IMG/VR virus record: IMGVR_UViG_3300033997_000235
Location: 1 to 63,585 of that record
Length of the DNA stretch: 63,585 nucleotides
Strand: one strand, 5' to 3'
From: a virus
This document shows, piece after piece, positions 34,451 through 42,665 of this stretch. The notes below the pieces were generated by a model. The model was not told the origin of the DNA. It saw only the letters and a program-made list of their open reading frames with translations, and made no database searches. The translations under genes were made by a program, and so were the position numbers. Within the stretch, counting starts at the first letter, position 1. Every line of letters starts with the position of its first letter.

Positions 34451-36063
34451 ACGCGCCAGTCAGGCGCTGGGGCTTCGGTGTACGACTGCCGGCCTTGGTG
34501 ACCCAGCATGTCCAGTTCTTTGGCCTGCGCCCACTGACGGAAGGCGTCGGCGCCCTCGCTGCAGCCGTTGGCCTTGTTCGGGGCGTTGTCGAGAAAGCGG
34601 TTCTCAGAGCGGCTGAACTTCTTGCGGTAGTTGTCCAGGCGGTTGATGCCGTCGGCGCACGCCACTTCGTCGATGAAACAGCCCTTCATGTGCTTGCGGG
34701 TCTGCTGAATGCCGGTGATCAACTCGGTGATGCGCGGCACGATGACGAATGTGTGCCCGGGCAGCAGATCCTCGAGCATTTCCAGCACGCTGCGGTTGTA
34801 GTCGCCCAGGCGCTTGTGCGCGGCGTCATGCGGCAGGTAGTGGGTACCGTACAGATAGCCGCGGTCTTTCAGCTCTTGCGCGTAGTGGCGCAGATCCTTG
34901 CCGTGCTCTTCGTAGTAGTCGACGAATCGATCCTCGCCGCGCAGTTCCTGCTGGAACCACACAGCGCAGCCGTCGCTGTTGCCGATATCCCAGAAGGTGT
35001 TCACTGGCACGTCGAGCACTGGCACGCGAGTGATGCCGCCGCGCTTGCGCATGGCCTGCATGTCCTCGGCGTAGTAGTTGCCTTCGGTACTGATCTGGAA
35101 GGCTTCATCCGGCGTGCCAGGGTATTCCTGCCACATCCGTTCTTCCTTGCCGGCGAAGTCGGCCTGCTTCGTGGCCACGTACCAGGCGCGCTGGTCCGGG
35201 TCGATCTTGCAGTCCATCAACGCTTCGATCTTGTCGAAGTAGGCGTGCTGGCCGCGATCGACCGGCACTGTCTGCATCGGCAGGCGATAGTTGGGTTCCT
35301 GCCACCAGGCGTAGAAGTGGAAGCGGTAATCCTTGGGCGTGAGCGGCTTCTTGTCCCGGTAGTTCTTCTGGGCGATCTGCACCATGTTGAAGAACTCGCC
35401 TTCGCGCCCTTCTGCCGTGCTCTCGATCACCAACACGCCATTGGTTGGCACGGCCGGGATGGAGCCGGTGACCACTTCCTGCGCCTTGTCAGGGTACTTG
35501 GCGCAGATTTTCCCGAACTCGGAGACGTGCAGGCGGTGGATCGTGCCGGAGCGCATCGAGGTCGCCACACGCACCGAACTGTTGTTGTGTGCGAAAAGCA
35601 GCTCGACGGCGCTATCCCTGGCCAGCGGAAAGCGCTCGCGGATCTCGTCCGGCAGGTTCTCGTAGGCGAACTTCACTTTGTCGCGAAAGATCGTCTCGGC
35701 CGCCTCACGGTCCTGGGCGATGATGCCGCAGCGCTGGTTGGCGTTGAACAGCGCGTGATCCAGCCACAGGATGGCGATCAGCGTCGTGAAGCCGAGCTGG
35801 CGTGCCTTCAGGATCAAGTTGCGGTGCCATAGCCGCTTCAGGAAGCGCTTCTGCGCCCTGTTCGGCTTGAACGGCATCACGAACGACTCGCCTTCCTCGA
35901 CGATGTTGCCGAGCTCGTCGAGCTTGTCGTCGCCCTTCACCATGATCTTGTACAGGCAGCCGGAGAACAGGCGCCATTCAGGATCAGCCAGGCAGCGGGC
36001 CAGTTCCTCTGCATTGGTCGGCAGAGGCTGCAGCGGCTCGTCGTGGACAACCCTCATGGCCAT
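34447..36063 (-). CDS. terL: Terminase large subunit
   Basis: 538 aa. N-terminal ATPase region (LILKARQLGFTT, IIAQD) and a C-terminal nuclease-like half. Follows the small terminase. Confidence 0.85.
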   Translation of the reverse strand: MAMRVVHDEPLQPLPTNAEELARCLADPEWRLFSGCLYKIMVKGDDKLDELGNIVEEGESFVMPFKPNRAQKRFLKRLWHRNLILKARQLGFTTLIAILWLDHALFNANQRCGIIAQDREAAETIFRDKVKFAYENLPDEIRERFPLARDSAVELLFAHNNSSVRVATSMRSGTIHRLHVSEFGKICAKYPDKAQEVVTGSIPAVPTNGVLVIESTAEGREGEFFNMVQIAQKNYRDKKPLTPKDYRFHFYAWWQEPNYRLPMQTVPVDRGQHAYFDKIEALMDCKIDPDQRAWYVATKQADFAGKEERMWQEYPGTPDEAFQISTEGNYYAEDMQAMRKRGGITRVPVLDVPVNTFWDIGNSDGCAVWFQQELRGEDRFVDYYEEHGKDLRHYAQELKDRGYLYGTHYLPHDAAHKRLGDYNRSVLEMLEDLLPGHTFVIVPRITELITGIQQTRKHMKGCFIDEVACADGINRLDNYRKKFSRSENRFLDNAPNKANGCSEGADAFRQWAQAKELDMLGHQGRQSYTEAPAPDWRV

Positions 36064-36066
36064 GGG

Positions 36067-36915
36067 TCAGTCCTCGCCATGCTCAGGGTCTTTCGCCACT
36101 GGCTTGAACCCATTCGAGTTTCCGCTGGCGATCGAGTGCAGGAGGCTTGCCAGCGGGTCGACGCGCTGCTGGTTGTCCTTCTCGTACAGGCCCAGGTGCT
36201 TGAACAGCTTCTCCATGGCCGCATCTTTCGAGTGCGTCATGATCTCGATGCCGAACTTCGTCTGCTTCACGCCGGCATACAGCGATGCAGCACCAGGCGA
36301 CAGCTTGCGGGTGTCCTTCAGCACCACGCGCGGGTAGCCGTGACCACCGCATTCCGGGCAGCCAGGGAACGGCTCGCGGTTCGGATCGAAGCCAATGCCG
36401 CCGTCTTCGGGAAAATCCTCGGGGTCCTCGCCCTCGTCCACCCACAACTTGAACGCATAGTCCCGTTCGATCTGGGTGCGCTGACGCATGTGCCCTTCGC
36501 CGTAGCAGTGCCGGCAGCACACGACAACCAGCTCGGTCAGCTCGCGAGCATCGGCCGTGACCTGATTCCACGCCTCGCGCAACACACGATCAGCAGTAAT
36601 CTCGGTGCGCTGCTGCTGTTTCAGCCGCGCTTCAGCGATAGCCGCCTGGATATTAGGTTTCGTTAGGTTCTCGCATCCAACGACTGCAGCCGTCTTCTCG
36701 CTGTATCCAGCACGAATCGCTGCCCGCTTGGCGTTCAGGTCGACCATGTACTCTTCGACGAATCGAACCTGCAGGGCTGTAAGCGCTACCTCAGCGTTAT
36801 GCACCTTCACCGTATTGCGAGCACGCGGAGTCGAGCCGGTCGCCTTCTTCTTGGCTACCGGCTTCTTCACTGGCTTCTTGGGTGCGGGCTTGGCGCCCTG
36901 ATCTTTCTTGGTCAT
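36067..36915 (-). CDS. terS: Terminase small subunit (P27/Terminase_2 type) with a C-terminal Cys-rich zinc-ribbon-like extension
   Basis: LTALQVRFVEEYMVDLNAKRAAIRAGYSEKTA..NIQAAIAEA pattern, then CCRHCYGEGH..CPECGGHG. Confidence 0.8.
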   Translation of the reverse strand: MTKKDQGAKPAPKKPVKKPVAKKKATGSTPRARNTVKVHNAEVALTALQVRFVEEYMVDLNAKRAAIRAGYSEKTAAVVGCENLTKPNIQAAIAEARLKQQQRTEITADRVLREAWNQVTADARELTELVVVCCRHCYGEGHMRQRTQIERDYAFKLWVDEGEDPEDFPEDGGIGFDPNREPFPGCPECGGHGYPRVVLKDTRKLSPGAASLYAGVKQTKFGIEIMTHSKDAAMEKLFKHLGLYEKDNQQRVDPLASLLHSIASGNSNGFKPVAKDPEHGED

Positions 36916-36950
36916 GCCCGGAGTCTTTCCGGGCGGGGGATAGGGTGTCG

Positions 36951-36965
36951 AACCCTACAGGGGGG
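36951..36965 (-). repeat. Late-region intergenic motif, copy 6
   Basis: Plus strand AACCCTACAGGGGGG. 36 nt upstream of the terS ATG. Confidence 0.8.
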
Positions 36966-36994
36966 CGCAGGCTATGGCTGGCAAGGGTTTGGGC

Positions 36995-37030
36995 AGAGAC
37001 AAGAAAGCCCGCACTCGGCGGGCTTTCTCT
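36995..37030 (-). terminator. Intrinsic terminator-like hairpin upstream of terS (minus strand)
   Basis: 11-bp stem AGAAAGCCCGC-CGAGT-GCGGGCTTTCT followed by TGTCTCT. Confidence 0.6.
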
Positions 37031-37041
37031 GCATCGGCTGG

Positions 37042-37320
37042 TCAGGCGCTCGATCGCGCCCAGTGCAGCACCTGATCGTTCGTGCGGTTGAACACCATGC
37101 CGGCACTGGCGATGCGCATGTCACTGCGCAATGCGGGGCTTTGCTTGCTCTCCAGGCTGCGAGGCTGCATCACCTCGGCCAGGTTGCGCTTGGCCTCGGC
37201 CGCAATGTGCTGGTAAGCGTAGGCCTTGAAGGCCAGGTGGTCGGCCGGTACCGGTGCAGCGAACACCAGGCCGCTGGACAGATACAGGATCGCGATAACG
37301 CACAGCAGGACTTTCTTCAT
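37042..37320 (-). CDS. Small secreted protein (92 aa)
   Basis: Start at MKKVLLCVIAILYLSSGLVFA/AP (signal peptide). The track ORF extends upstream without support. Confidence 0.6.
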   Translation of the reverse strand: MKKVLLCVIAILYLSSGLVFAAPVPADHLAFKAYAYQHIAAEAKRNLAEVMQPRSLESKQSPALRSDMRIASAGMVFNRTNDQVLHWARSSA

Positions 37321-37388
37321 CTTCGGACGCCTCGACAGGTTGAGGTAGTTGGCAGTCCGAATGTTCCATCTGCGCCTTGGTCGGCTCA

Positions 37389-37403
37389 AACCCTACAAGG
37401 GGT
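37389..37403 (-). repeat. Late-region intergenic motif, copy 7 (variant)
   Basis: Plus strand AACCCTACAAGGGGT. Overlaps the stop codon of 37393..37674 and lies 69 nt upstream of start 37320. Confidence 0.7.
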
Positions 37404-37674
37404 CTTCGATACCCAGCGCGGATTTGAAAGCCGAAACGTATGCAGCTTCGGCCAGCCTCCTGAGCTCGGCGAATTGCAGATTTGATGAATCGTCACGCTC
37501 GACGCTCACAAGACTGCCATCGTGCGCCTGGATAGCGATCAGCCTTGATTGCATCAATACAATATCCATGCGCTTTTGGAACGGCTCGGCTGCCATTATT
37601 CCAGCCTGCTTCGCCGCCTGTAACATTTCTGGCGTGACCCTAGGCAATCTTTTAGCCACGAGGTCACTATTCAT
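37393..37674 (-). CDS. Hypothetical protein (93 aa), lower-GC segment
   Basis: ORF with an 8-nt overlap to the upstream gene. Visibly AT-richer codons. Confidence 0.55.
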   Translation of the reverse strand: MNSDLVAKRLPRVTPEMLQAAKQAGIMAAEPFQKRMDIVLMQSRLIAIQAHDGSLVSVERDDSSNLQFAELRRLAEAAYVSAFKSALGIEDPL

Positions 37675-37960
37675 GATCGACCCCGACGTGATCCTGATAG
37701 CCCTTGATCAGCGCCACGACCACATCAATTTCGCCGTAGACATAGACGTCATGGTCCACCCCATTTTTCGCCCTCAGGGTGGCCCTGTAGTAGGTATAAA
37801 CCTGACGAGTCTGGCTTACCGCATCCCGATTGTAGTCGACCATGGGCGGCGGTAGTTTCTCCATTGGCACGGCCTGAAGACTGGGCTGGCCAGGAATAAC
37901 CGTCATGCGCATGCCGTCACACGGGCCGCCTATCAGCAACACTTGAACCTTTTCCATCAC
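37667..37960 (-). CDS. Hypothetical protein (97 aa)
   Basis: ORF with GGAGG-like RBS (ggaggttgctgtgATG). Confidence 0.55.
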   Translation of the reverse strand: MMEKVQVLLIGGPCDGMRMTVIPGQPSLQAVPMEKLPPPMVDYNRDAVSQTRQVYTYYRATLRAKNGVDHDVYVYGEIDVVVALIKGYQDHVGVDHE

Positions 37961-38000
37961 AGCAACCTCCGAAAGACCAGCATCCGTGCCGGATAGTAAA

Positions 38001-38369
38001 TCAAACCAGTTCGTTCGGCGTGAAGGTCACATCGAACTCGCCCATCAGCGGCACCACCTGATCGCCAGCCTGGCCATGGCCATACTGCAGATGCCGGCGC
38101 TCGGTGCGCTCTTCGCTGCGATCATCGCCAGGGAAGTACTTGGCGTTCATGTGCATGTGGTTGCAGATGATGCCGGCCATGGCGCCAAGGTCGGCAGGGC
38201 CAGCATCCGGCACCAGGCAGGCAGTGCTCAGGCTGCCGCCGTCGATCTCTACCGAGAACAAGGCGACTGGATCCTCGCCCTGCTCGGCCGACTGCAGTGC
38301 GTAGTGGACAACCATGGGCGACATCTTCGCCTGTTGCCGGGTGTCACTTTCTTGAATTGGATTGCTCAC
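38001..38369 (-). CDS. Hypothetical protein (about 122 aa)
   Basis: Preferred GTG start 38369, 8 nt after GGAGG. The track start 38429 lacks an RBS. Confidence 0.5.
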   Translation of the reverse strand: MSNPIQESDTRQQAKMSPMVVHYALQSAEQGEDPVALFSVEIDGGSLSTACLVPDAGPADLGAMAGIICNHMHMNAKYFPGDDRSEERTERRHLQYGHGQAGDQVVPLMGEFDVTFTPNELV

Positions 38370-38440
38370 AGTGATTGCCTCCAGGGCATATTCGTTGAAC
38401 CTGCACGGGCTATTTGCGCCCCTTCCCACCTAAACCGACC

Positions 38441-38659
38441 GTCACGCGAGCGTCACAACCGAATCGTCACATGTGACGCCTAAGTGACGCTCTTCTGCGC
38501 TGCCTCCAACTTGCGCTTACGCCAACGTTCAGTCCGCAAAGCGCCTGGGCTGCGCTGCTTTTCTTGAGCCGCTACAGGTATGCCTTGCAGTTGCTCATGC
38601 GTCACACCAGGCGTCACATGTGTGACGCTTCCAAGCGTCACAACTCCATCCAATGTGAC
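38441..38659. repeat. Array of ten (G)CGTCAC / GTGACG(C) half-sites, including palindromes CGTCAC-AT-GTGACG and GCGTCAC-ATGT-GTGACGC
   Basis: GTCAC at 38441, 38452, 38466, 38601, 38613 and 38637. GTGAC at 38473, 38484, 38622 and 38655. Spans the 3' end of the wHTH gene and the gap after it. Confidence 0.8.
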
Positions 38660-39112
38660 GCCCTGTAATGCCCCTCCAGCCGCCTTTCCGATAGTCCTTT
38701 CGACCCGATTCAGGCGCCCCTGAATCTCCCCGTTGAGCAATGCAGCTTGATGCCCGACTTCGATAGTGGCGGCCTGCATCATTACCCCTGCCTGGATCTT
38801 GGCGAGCATGCGATCCTCGTACGGCGTGAGGATCAGCACCTGATCGCCGATCTCCAGATTCACCGTTCCGTCCGGCAGCAGCGTCTTGCTCATGGGGCGA
38901 GCAGGTGGATGCTGTTCTGCTGGAACGAACACGCCCCTGCCGACCCGGACGATCAACATTTCTTCAATGAGCGCCTTCAGCCGATCGTCGATGATCGACA
39001 GCTTCAGGCCGGTCAACTCATGCAGCGTTTCACGGGTAACGATCTGCTCCTGCTGGTGCAGGTCGCGCAGTGCGTCGAGTACGACCTGTGTCGATGATTT
39101 CTTCGCTGTCAT
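38480..39112 (-). CDS. Winged-helix DNA-binding protein, candidate late-gene regulator (210 aa)
   Basis: N-terminal wHTH-like TRETLHELTGLKLSIIDDRLKALIEEMLIVRVGRGVFVP. Occupies the Q-like position. Its own 3' end carries the GTCAC array. Confidence 0.5.
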   Translation of the reverse strand: MTAKKSSTQVVLDALRDLHQQEQIVTRETLHELTGLKLSIIDDRLKALIEEMLIVRVGRGVFVPAEQHPPARPMSKTLLPDGTVNLEIGDQVLILTPYEDRMLAKIQAGVMMQAATIEVGHQAALLNGEIQGRLNRVERTIGKAAGGALQGVTLDGVVTLGSVTHVTPGVTHEQLQGIPVAAQEKQRSPGALRTERWRKRKLEAAQKSVT

Positions 39113-39324
39113 CGCTCGCTCTCCCCTGTGTCGCGGATAAGCCCCTGCTCACGCAGAAGTCGCCATTGCTCGGCCAGCCAGGCCTGGAACTCGGTATCAG
39201 CCAGGTACCATGGATCTCTGCGCAGAGCTTCGAGCATGCTCGGCGCCCGCGGTGACACCATGGTCACGTACCACCCGTCACCATTCTCTGGCGTGCTGAT
39301 AATGGTCACCTTCCCCTCATGCAT
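39109..39324 (-). CDS. Hypothetical protein (71 aa)
   Basis: ORF with 4-nt and 8-nt overlaps to its neighbours. Confidence 0.55.
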   Translation of the reverse strand: MHEGKVTIISTPENGDGWYVTMVSPRAPSMLEALRRDPWYLADTEFQAWLAEQWRLLREQGLIRDTGESER

Positions 39325-39937
39325 CGCCGCCGCCCTTCCACTCCAGCGCCCTGGCCTTGTCCAGCGCCAACTTCACCGTGCAGGCGGAATCGTGCTGGTC
39401 GGCAGAGCAGCTTTCCTCGTCCTCGATCTCGTCGCGCATGTAGCCCTGCAGGTACACGCCAGTGGCGTCACGAAGGGTGCGAAGGGCTTCGAGTTCGGCG
39501 TATAGGCCGGCTGGGATGCGGTTCACCTGTGCGGGTTGTGGGGCCGTGTAGAGTGGTCGGCAATGCGCCATCGACTCCTGCTCGCCCTGGTTGAATGGCT
39601 CGCATGCCATGTGCACAAGGCTGCGCGATACGTCCCAATAGGCCACCGCCTCCTGCCGCTCTCCCTGCTCGGCCCGCGCCGTGCGCAATTTGGCATTCTC
39701 AGCCCGCAGCGCCTCGGCCTCTGCGTGCAGGGCGTCGTTGTGCTGGCGCAGATTGAATGCATAGCCGGCCAGCTCATCTCCGGCTTGCTCAATGTAATCT
39801 GCCAGCTTCACGGTGCTGATCTGCTTTTGCTGTTCGCACACCCTGTCCAGCATGCGAAGCGGAGCGCGCTTGGCCAGATCGGCAAGTATCTGCATTGCAC
39901 GCGCCGCCGTTACGCTGGTTTTCAGTTGCTCACTCAT
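39317..39937 (-). CDS. Coiled-coil hypothetical protein (206 aa)
   Basis: ORF in the nin-like region. No signature recognised. Confidence 0.6.
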   Translation of the reverse strand: MSEQLKTSVTAARAMQILADLAKRAPLRMLDRVCEQQKQISTVKLADYIEQAGDELAGYAFNLRQHNDALHAEAEALRAENAKLRTARAEQGERQEAVAYWDVSRSLVHMACEPFNQGEQESMAHCRPLYTAPQPAQVNRIPAGLYAELEALRTLRDATGVYLQGYMRDEIEDEESCSADQHDSACTVKLALDKARALEWKGGGDA

Positions 39938-39954
39938 CTTGACCTCCTGCGCGA

Positions 39955-40209
39955 TCAGTAAATGAAGTCGTATTCATCGAAACATGGCCCGCACAGCGGT
40001 CGCTGCTGGTGCTGAATCGCGTTATAGGTGTCCTTCTTGACCCAGCGCGACTTCTTCACGAACACACCGCAATCCCGGCAGCGCGTGTGATAGTCGGCAG
40101 CCTTACGCGATGCAAAACCGGCTTCAAGGCGTGCTTCTTCAGCCAGCCAGGCCGCTTGCCTTTCGGCATCGGTTCGACCGTCCGGCCCACGTTCCTCGGT
40201 CAGCGTCAT
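39955..40209 (-). CDS. Small zinc-ribbon-like protein (84 aa)
   Basis: ATG 40209 forms an ATGA overlap with the NinG stop. CRDC...CGPC cysteine pairs. The rest of track ORF 39955..40920 is rejected. Confidence 0.6.
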   Translation of the reverse strand: MTLTEERGPDGRTDAERQAAWLAEEARLEAGFASRKAADYHTRCRDCGVFVKKSRWVKKDTYNAIQHQQRPLCGPCFDEYDFIY

Positions 40210-40838
40210 AGATGGGCCTCCTGTTGCTTCTTCAGGTCGCGCAGCAGCGCCCGGTAATGGGCCTTGATCTGCTGCAGGTCTTCGATGGTGTACCGCTTGG
40301 GTTCGTGGGGGCCTTCCAGCCAGGCCACTGCGTCGGCGCCGATGCGCTGCACCAGATTGAGCCGGTACTCGACGATGTTTCCGGACTTGTGCTGATTGCA
40401 GGGCACGCACTGCTTGTGGCAGTTCAGGGGCTCGAAACGCAGCGCCGGGTTGCTGCCGACTGTGCGATAGTGGCCAGCGTCGTATTTGCCCTGGTGGTGA
40501 CGGCCGCAGCTGATGCAGGGCCGCAGGCGATCGCGCTCGCGTATCCATGCGTTGAACGCGGCCTGGGCCTCGCGCATGTAGTCGCCCTTGGGCTTGATCC
40601 GCTCTCGCGCCGCGCGCAGTTCCTTCCGACCGAGTTCGTCGATTGCCTTGCGCGCCTTGTCTCGGTTTTCCGACACCACCGCCAGGGCGCACGCGATCTC
40701 GCCGCACACGGCCTGGAACGGACGCACAGGGACGAACATCGCCTGGCAGGCCTTGCAGCGCTTCTTGCGGGTGCGTGGCTTGATGCCGCTGGCCTTGGCC
40801 CTCAGCGGCGTCTTGCGCTTGAGTTCCGTCCTTTTCAT
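40206..40838 (-). CDS. ninG: NinG-family recombination protein
   Basis: Start at MKRTELKRKTPL. CKAC..C..C and CISCG..AGHY..C..CN..K pattern typical of lambda NinG. Confidence 0.8.
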   Translation of the reverse strand: MKRTELKRKTPLRAKASGIKPRTRKKRCKACQAMFVPVRPFQAVCGEIACALAVVSENRDKARKAIDELGRKELRAARERIKPKGDYMREAQAAFNAWIRERDRLRPCISCGRHHQGKYDAGHYRTVGSNPALRFEPLNCHKQCVPCNQHKSGNIVEYRLNLVQRIGADAVAWLEGPHEPKRYTIEDLQQIKAHYRALLRDLKKQQEAHL

Positions 40839-41008
40839 CGGCGCCCCCGCCACAGCTGTGCGAGAAAGTCGGCGGCCAGGTAGATCCAGTAGAACGGCCA
40901 CAGGAAAGTGCGCCGACCAAGCGCCGTTACATCGTTGACAGACAGCAGCGTCACAACGAAACCGCCGAGGTAGATCAGGACGATCGCGGTGATGGTCTCT
41001 TCGATCAC
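40835..41008 (-). CDS. Possible 57-aa membrane protein (GTG start)
   Basis: GTGA overlap with the upstream stop and ATGA overlap with the ninG start. Hydrophobic sequence IVLIYLGGFVVTLLSV..FLWPFYWIYLAADFL. Below the ORF-track size cut-off. Confidence 0.4.
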   Translation of the reverse strand: MIEETITAIVLIYLGGFVVTLLSVNDVTALGRRTFLWPFYWIYLAADFLAQLWRGRR

Positions 41009-41652
41009 TGCTCACGCTCCCCAGGCATCAGGCCGGTCATGTTCTCGATCGCTTCTTCGGTGAGGTCTGGCCAGTAGTTGGCGATCAGGTGCTGGCAGAT
41101 GCCGCGCCAGAACTCCTTGAAGCGCTCTTCGGTCATGTAGTCAAAAGCGATCGACTCAGGCACCTGGCGCATGACGCGGCCAAGGTCGGGAATGTCGAAG
41201 GCTTCGAATGAGCAGCACACGCCGGCGTCGAGCTGCAGGCGCTTGATGGTGGTGTGGGCGTCGAGGCCCTGGAATTTGTCGATCTGTTCGGCGACCACCC
41301 GGCCGAGGGCGTGCACCAGGCGGTGAAACTTCACGTTGCGCGCCTGCTTGATCTCGCAGCGCACCTGATCGCCGATGCGATACTCACGCTCGCGGCACAG
41401 GAATCGGTCGATGCTGCTGTCAGGGCAGAAGCCCGCAACCATTTCGCCAGTCTGCGGGTCGACCAGCTTCCGCAATCGCATGTAGATGGGTCGACTTGCA
41501 CGCTTTTTAGCAGCGGTTTTGCTGGCTGGTTTGCTAGGCTTTTCTTTCTTAACCAGGGCTACCGGATTGGTATTTTCAGGCTGTTCAACAGGAGTTTCAT
41601 ATTTCCCTTCCCCTGTTCGTACAGCTTCCAGTGTCTCAGCCATTGTCGCCAC
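41005..41652 (-). CDS. DUF1367-like lambdoid nin-region protein (215 aa)
   Basis: KQARNVKFHRLVHALGRVV and the overall pattern resemble DUF1367 from memory. Confidence 0.5.
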   Translation of the reverse strand: MATMAETLEAVRTGEGKYETPVEQPENTNPVALVKKEKPSKPASKTAAKKRASRPIYMRLRKLVDPQTGEMVAGFCPDSSIDRFLCREREYRIGDQVRCEIKQARNVKFHRLVHALGRVVAEQIDKFQGLDAHTTIKRLQLDAGVCCSFEAFDIPDLGRVMRQVPESIAFDYMTEERFKEFWRGICQHLIANYWPDLTEEAIENMTGLMPGEREQ

Positions 41653-41974
41653 CCTCGGCCATCGCCGTGTCGATAGAGCGATCCACGTCCGACTGACGGA
41701 AGCGCACGCCAGTCATCCAGATCGGGGTACTCAGGTAGAATGGATGCGCGTTTTCGCTCTTGTCTCGCAGCCACAGATAACGCTCAGAGTTCGCACGCAG
41801 CCGGACATTCTCTTCCAGCAGCGAAAGGATCTCCTGCGGCTCAGTCAGGCGCCGGTACTCTTCGATCTGCGCCGGCAGCATCGCTGCCTGCTCGGCGGTG
41901 AAGTCTTCGCCGTGCGCGTCGCGGAGCATGATCAACGCCAGTTCGCGCAGGCGCTTTTGCTGTTCTGCGTTCAC
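41636..41974 (-). CDS. Hypothetical protein (112 aa)
   Basis: GTG 41974 forms a GTGA overlap with the upstream stop. Contains ERYLWLRD. Confidence 0.5.
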   Translation of the reverse strand: MNAEQQKRLRELALIMLRDAHGEDFTAEQAAMLPAQIEEYRRLTEPQEILSLLEENVRLRANSERYLWLRDKSENAHPFYLSTPIWMTGVRFRQSDVDRSIDTAMAEGGDNG

Positions 41975-42303
41975 TGGGCCACCTCCTGCACCAGGGCGAT
42001 GATGCTTTCCACGCCCTGGGCGAAGCTTGCCGGTTTGCTCTGCATGCACTGGCGCAGACGGTCGACCAGTTGCGAGCGGCCACCCTGCAGCTCAAGCAGC
42101 AAGCGACCATCACGCACGATATCGAGAGCATGCTTGCGGCCTTCGAGGTAGCCGACGCGGTCGAAGTGGCCGCCGTCAGCGATCGGCGCAGGAACTGGAG
42201 TAGGTTCCGGTACCGGCGCGGCCGGCAGCACTTCGGCAGCCGGTACCGGCCTGGCGCCCTTGGCCAATGCACGAGCAAGGGCTTGCTGAGCGAGCAGGTT
42301 CAT
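41971..42303 (-). CDS. Hypothetical protein (110 aa)
   Basis: ORF with 4-nt overlaps on both sides. Confidence 0.55.
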   Translation of the reverse strand: MNLLAQQALARALAKGARPVPAAEVLPAAPVPEPTPVPAPIADGGHFDRVGYLEGRKHALDIVRDGRLLLELQGGRSQLVDRLRQCMQSKPASFAQGVESIIALVQEVAQ

Positions 42304-42665
42304 TGGGCACCTGCCTTGGGCGAACGCCCGACCTGCAGATCGCTTTCCAGGCCGCGGTAGCTTGCGGCTTTATGCTTGTAGTGGTCTTGCAGATCACGAA
42401 GCGCCCGCGCCAGAGAACGACCGGTAGCCGTATGCACCCATGGCGCCTTCTTGCCATAGCCGGCACTCTTCGCCTCATAAAGCGGATGCCCGCTTGCGGC
42501 GTAATTTTCGCGACGCTCGACTCGCAGGGTGGACAGCCTGTTGGAGCCGCTTGACTGAGTGCCAGTTGCAATCAACACGCGATCGGAGGAACGGCCGGAA
42601 TGAACCGTCCATTTGTAGCCAGGCATGATCTTGACCAACTCGGCCCTGAACTCAGAAGCTTTCAC
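42300..42665 (-). CDS. Hypothetical protein (121 aa)
   Basis: ORF with 4-nt overlaps on both sides. Confidence 0.55.
   Translation of the reverse strand: MKASEFRAELVKIMPGYKWTVHSGRSSDRVLIATGTQSSGSNRLSTLRVERRENYAASGHPLYEAKSAGYGKKAPWVHTATGRSLARALRDLQDHYKHKAASYRGLESDLQVGRSPKAGAQ

Noticed and set aside
11414-37403. The 15-nt motif as a copy of a host REP element
   Set aside because: The motif only partly resembles the ...CCTACAGGG end of Pseudomonas putida-type REP sequences as I remember them. It also lacks the rest of the roughly 35-bp REP unit, and it is strictly co-oriented with late transcription. This cannot be fully excluded without searching the host genome, so that test is listed under the motif finding.
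38441-38659. The GTCAC array as a CRISPR-like or tandem-repeat locus
   Set aside because: The units are only 5-8 bp, occur in both orientations with irregular spacing, and lie partly inside a coding region. This is the pattern of protein-binding half-sites, not of a repeat-spacer array. No CRISPR array was seen anywhere in the window.
39955-40920. 321-aa minus-strand ORF overlapping ninG
   Set aside because: It is Arg/Pro/Gly-rich nonsense over the part that overlaps the clearly recognisable NinG frame. Only its last 84 codons (39955..40209, ATGA-coupled to the ninG stop, with zinc-ribbon-like cysteines) are kept as a gene.
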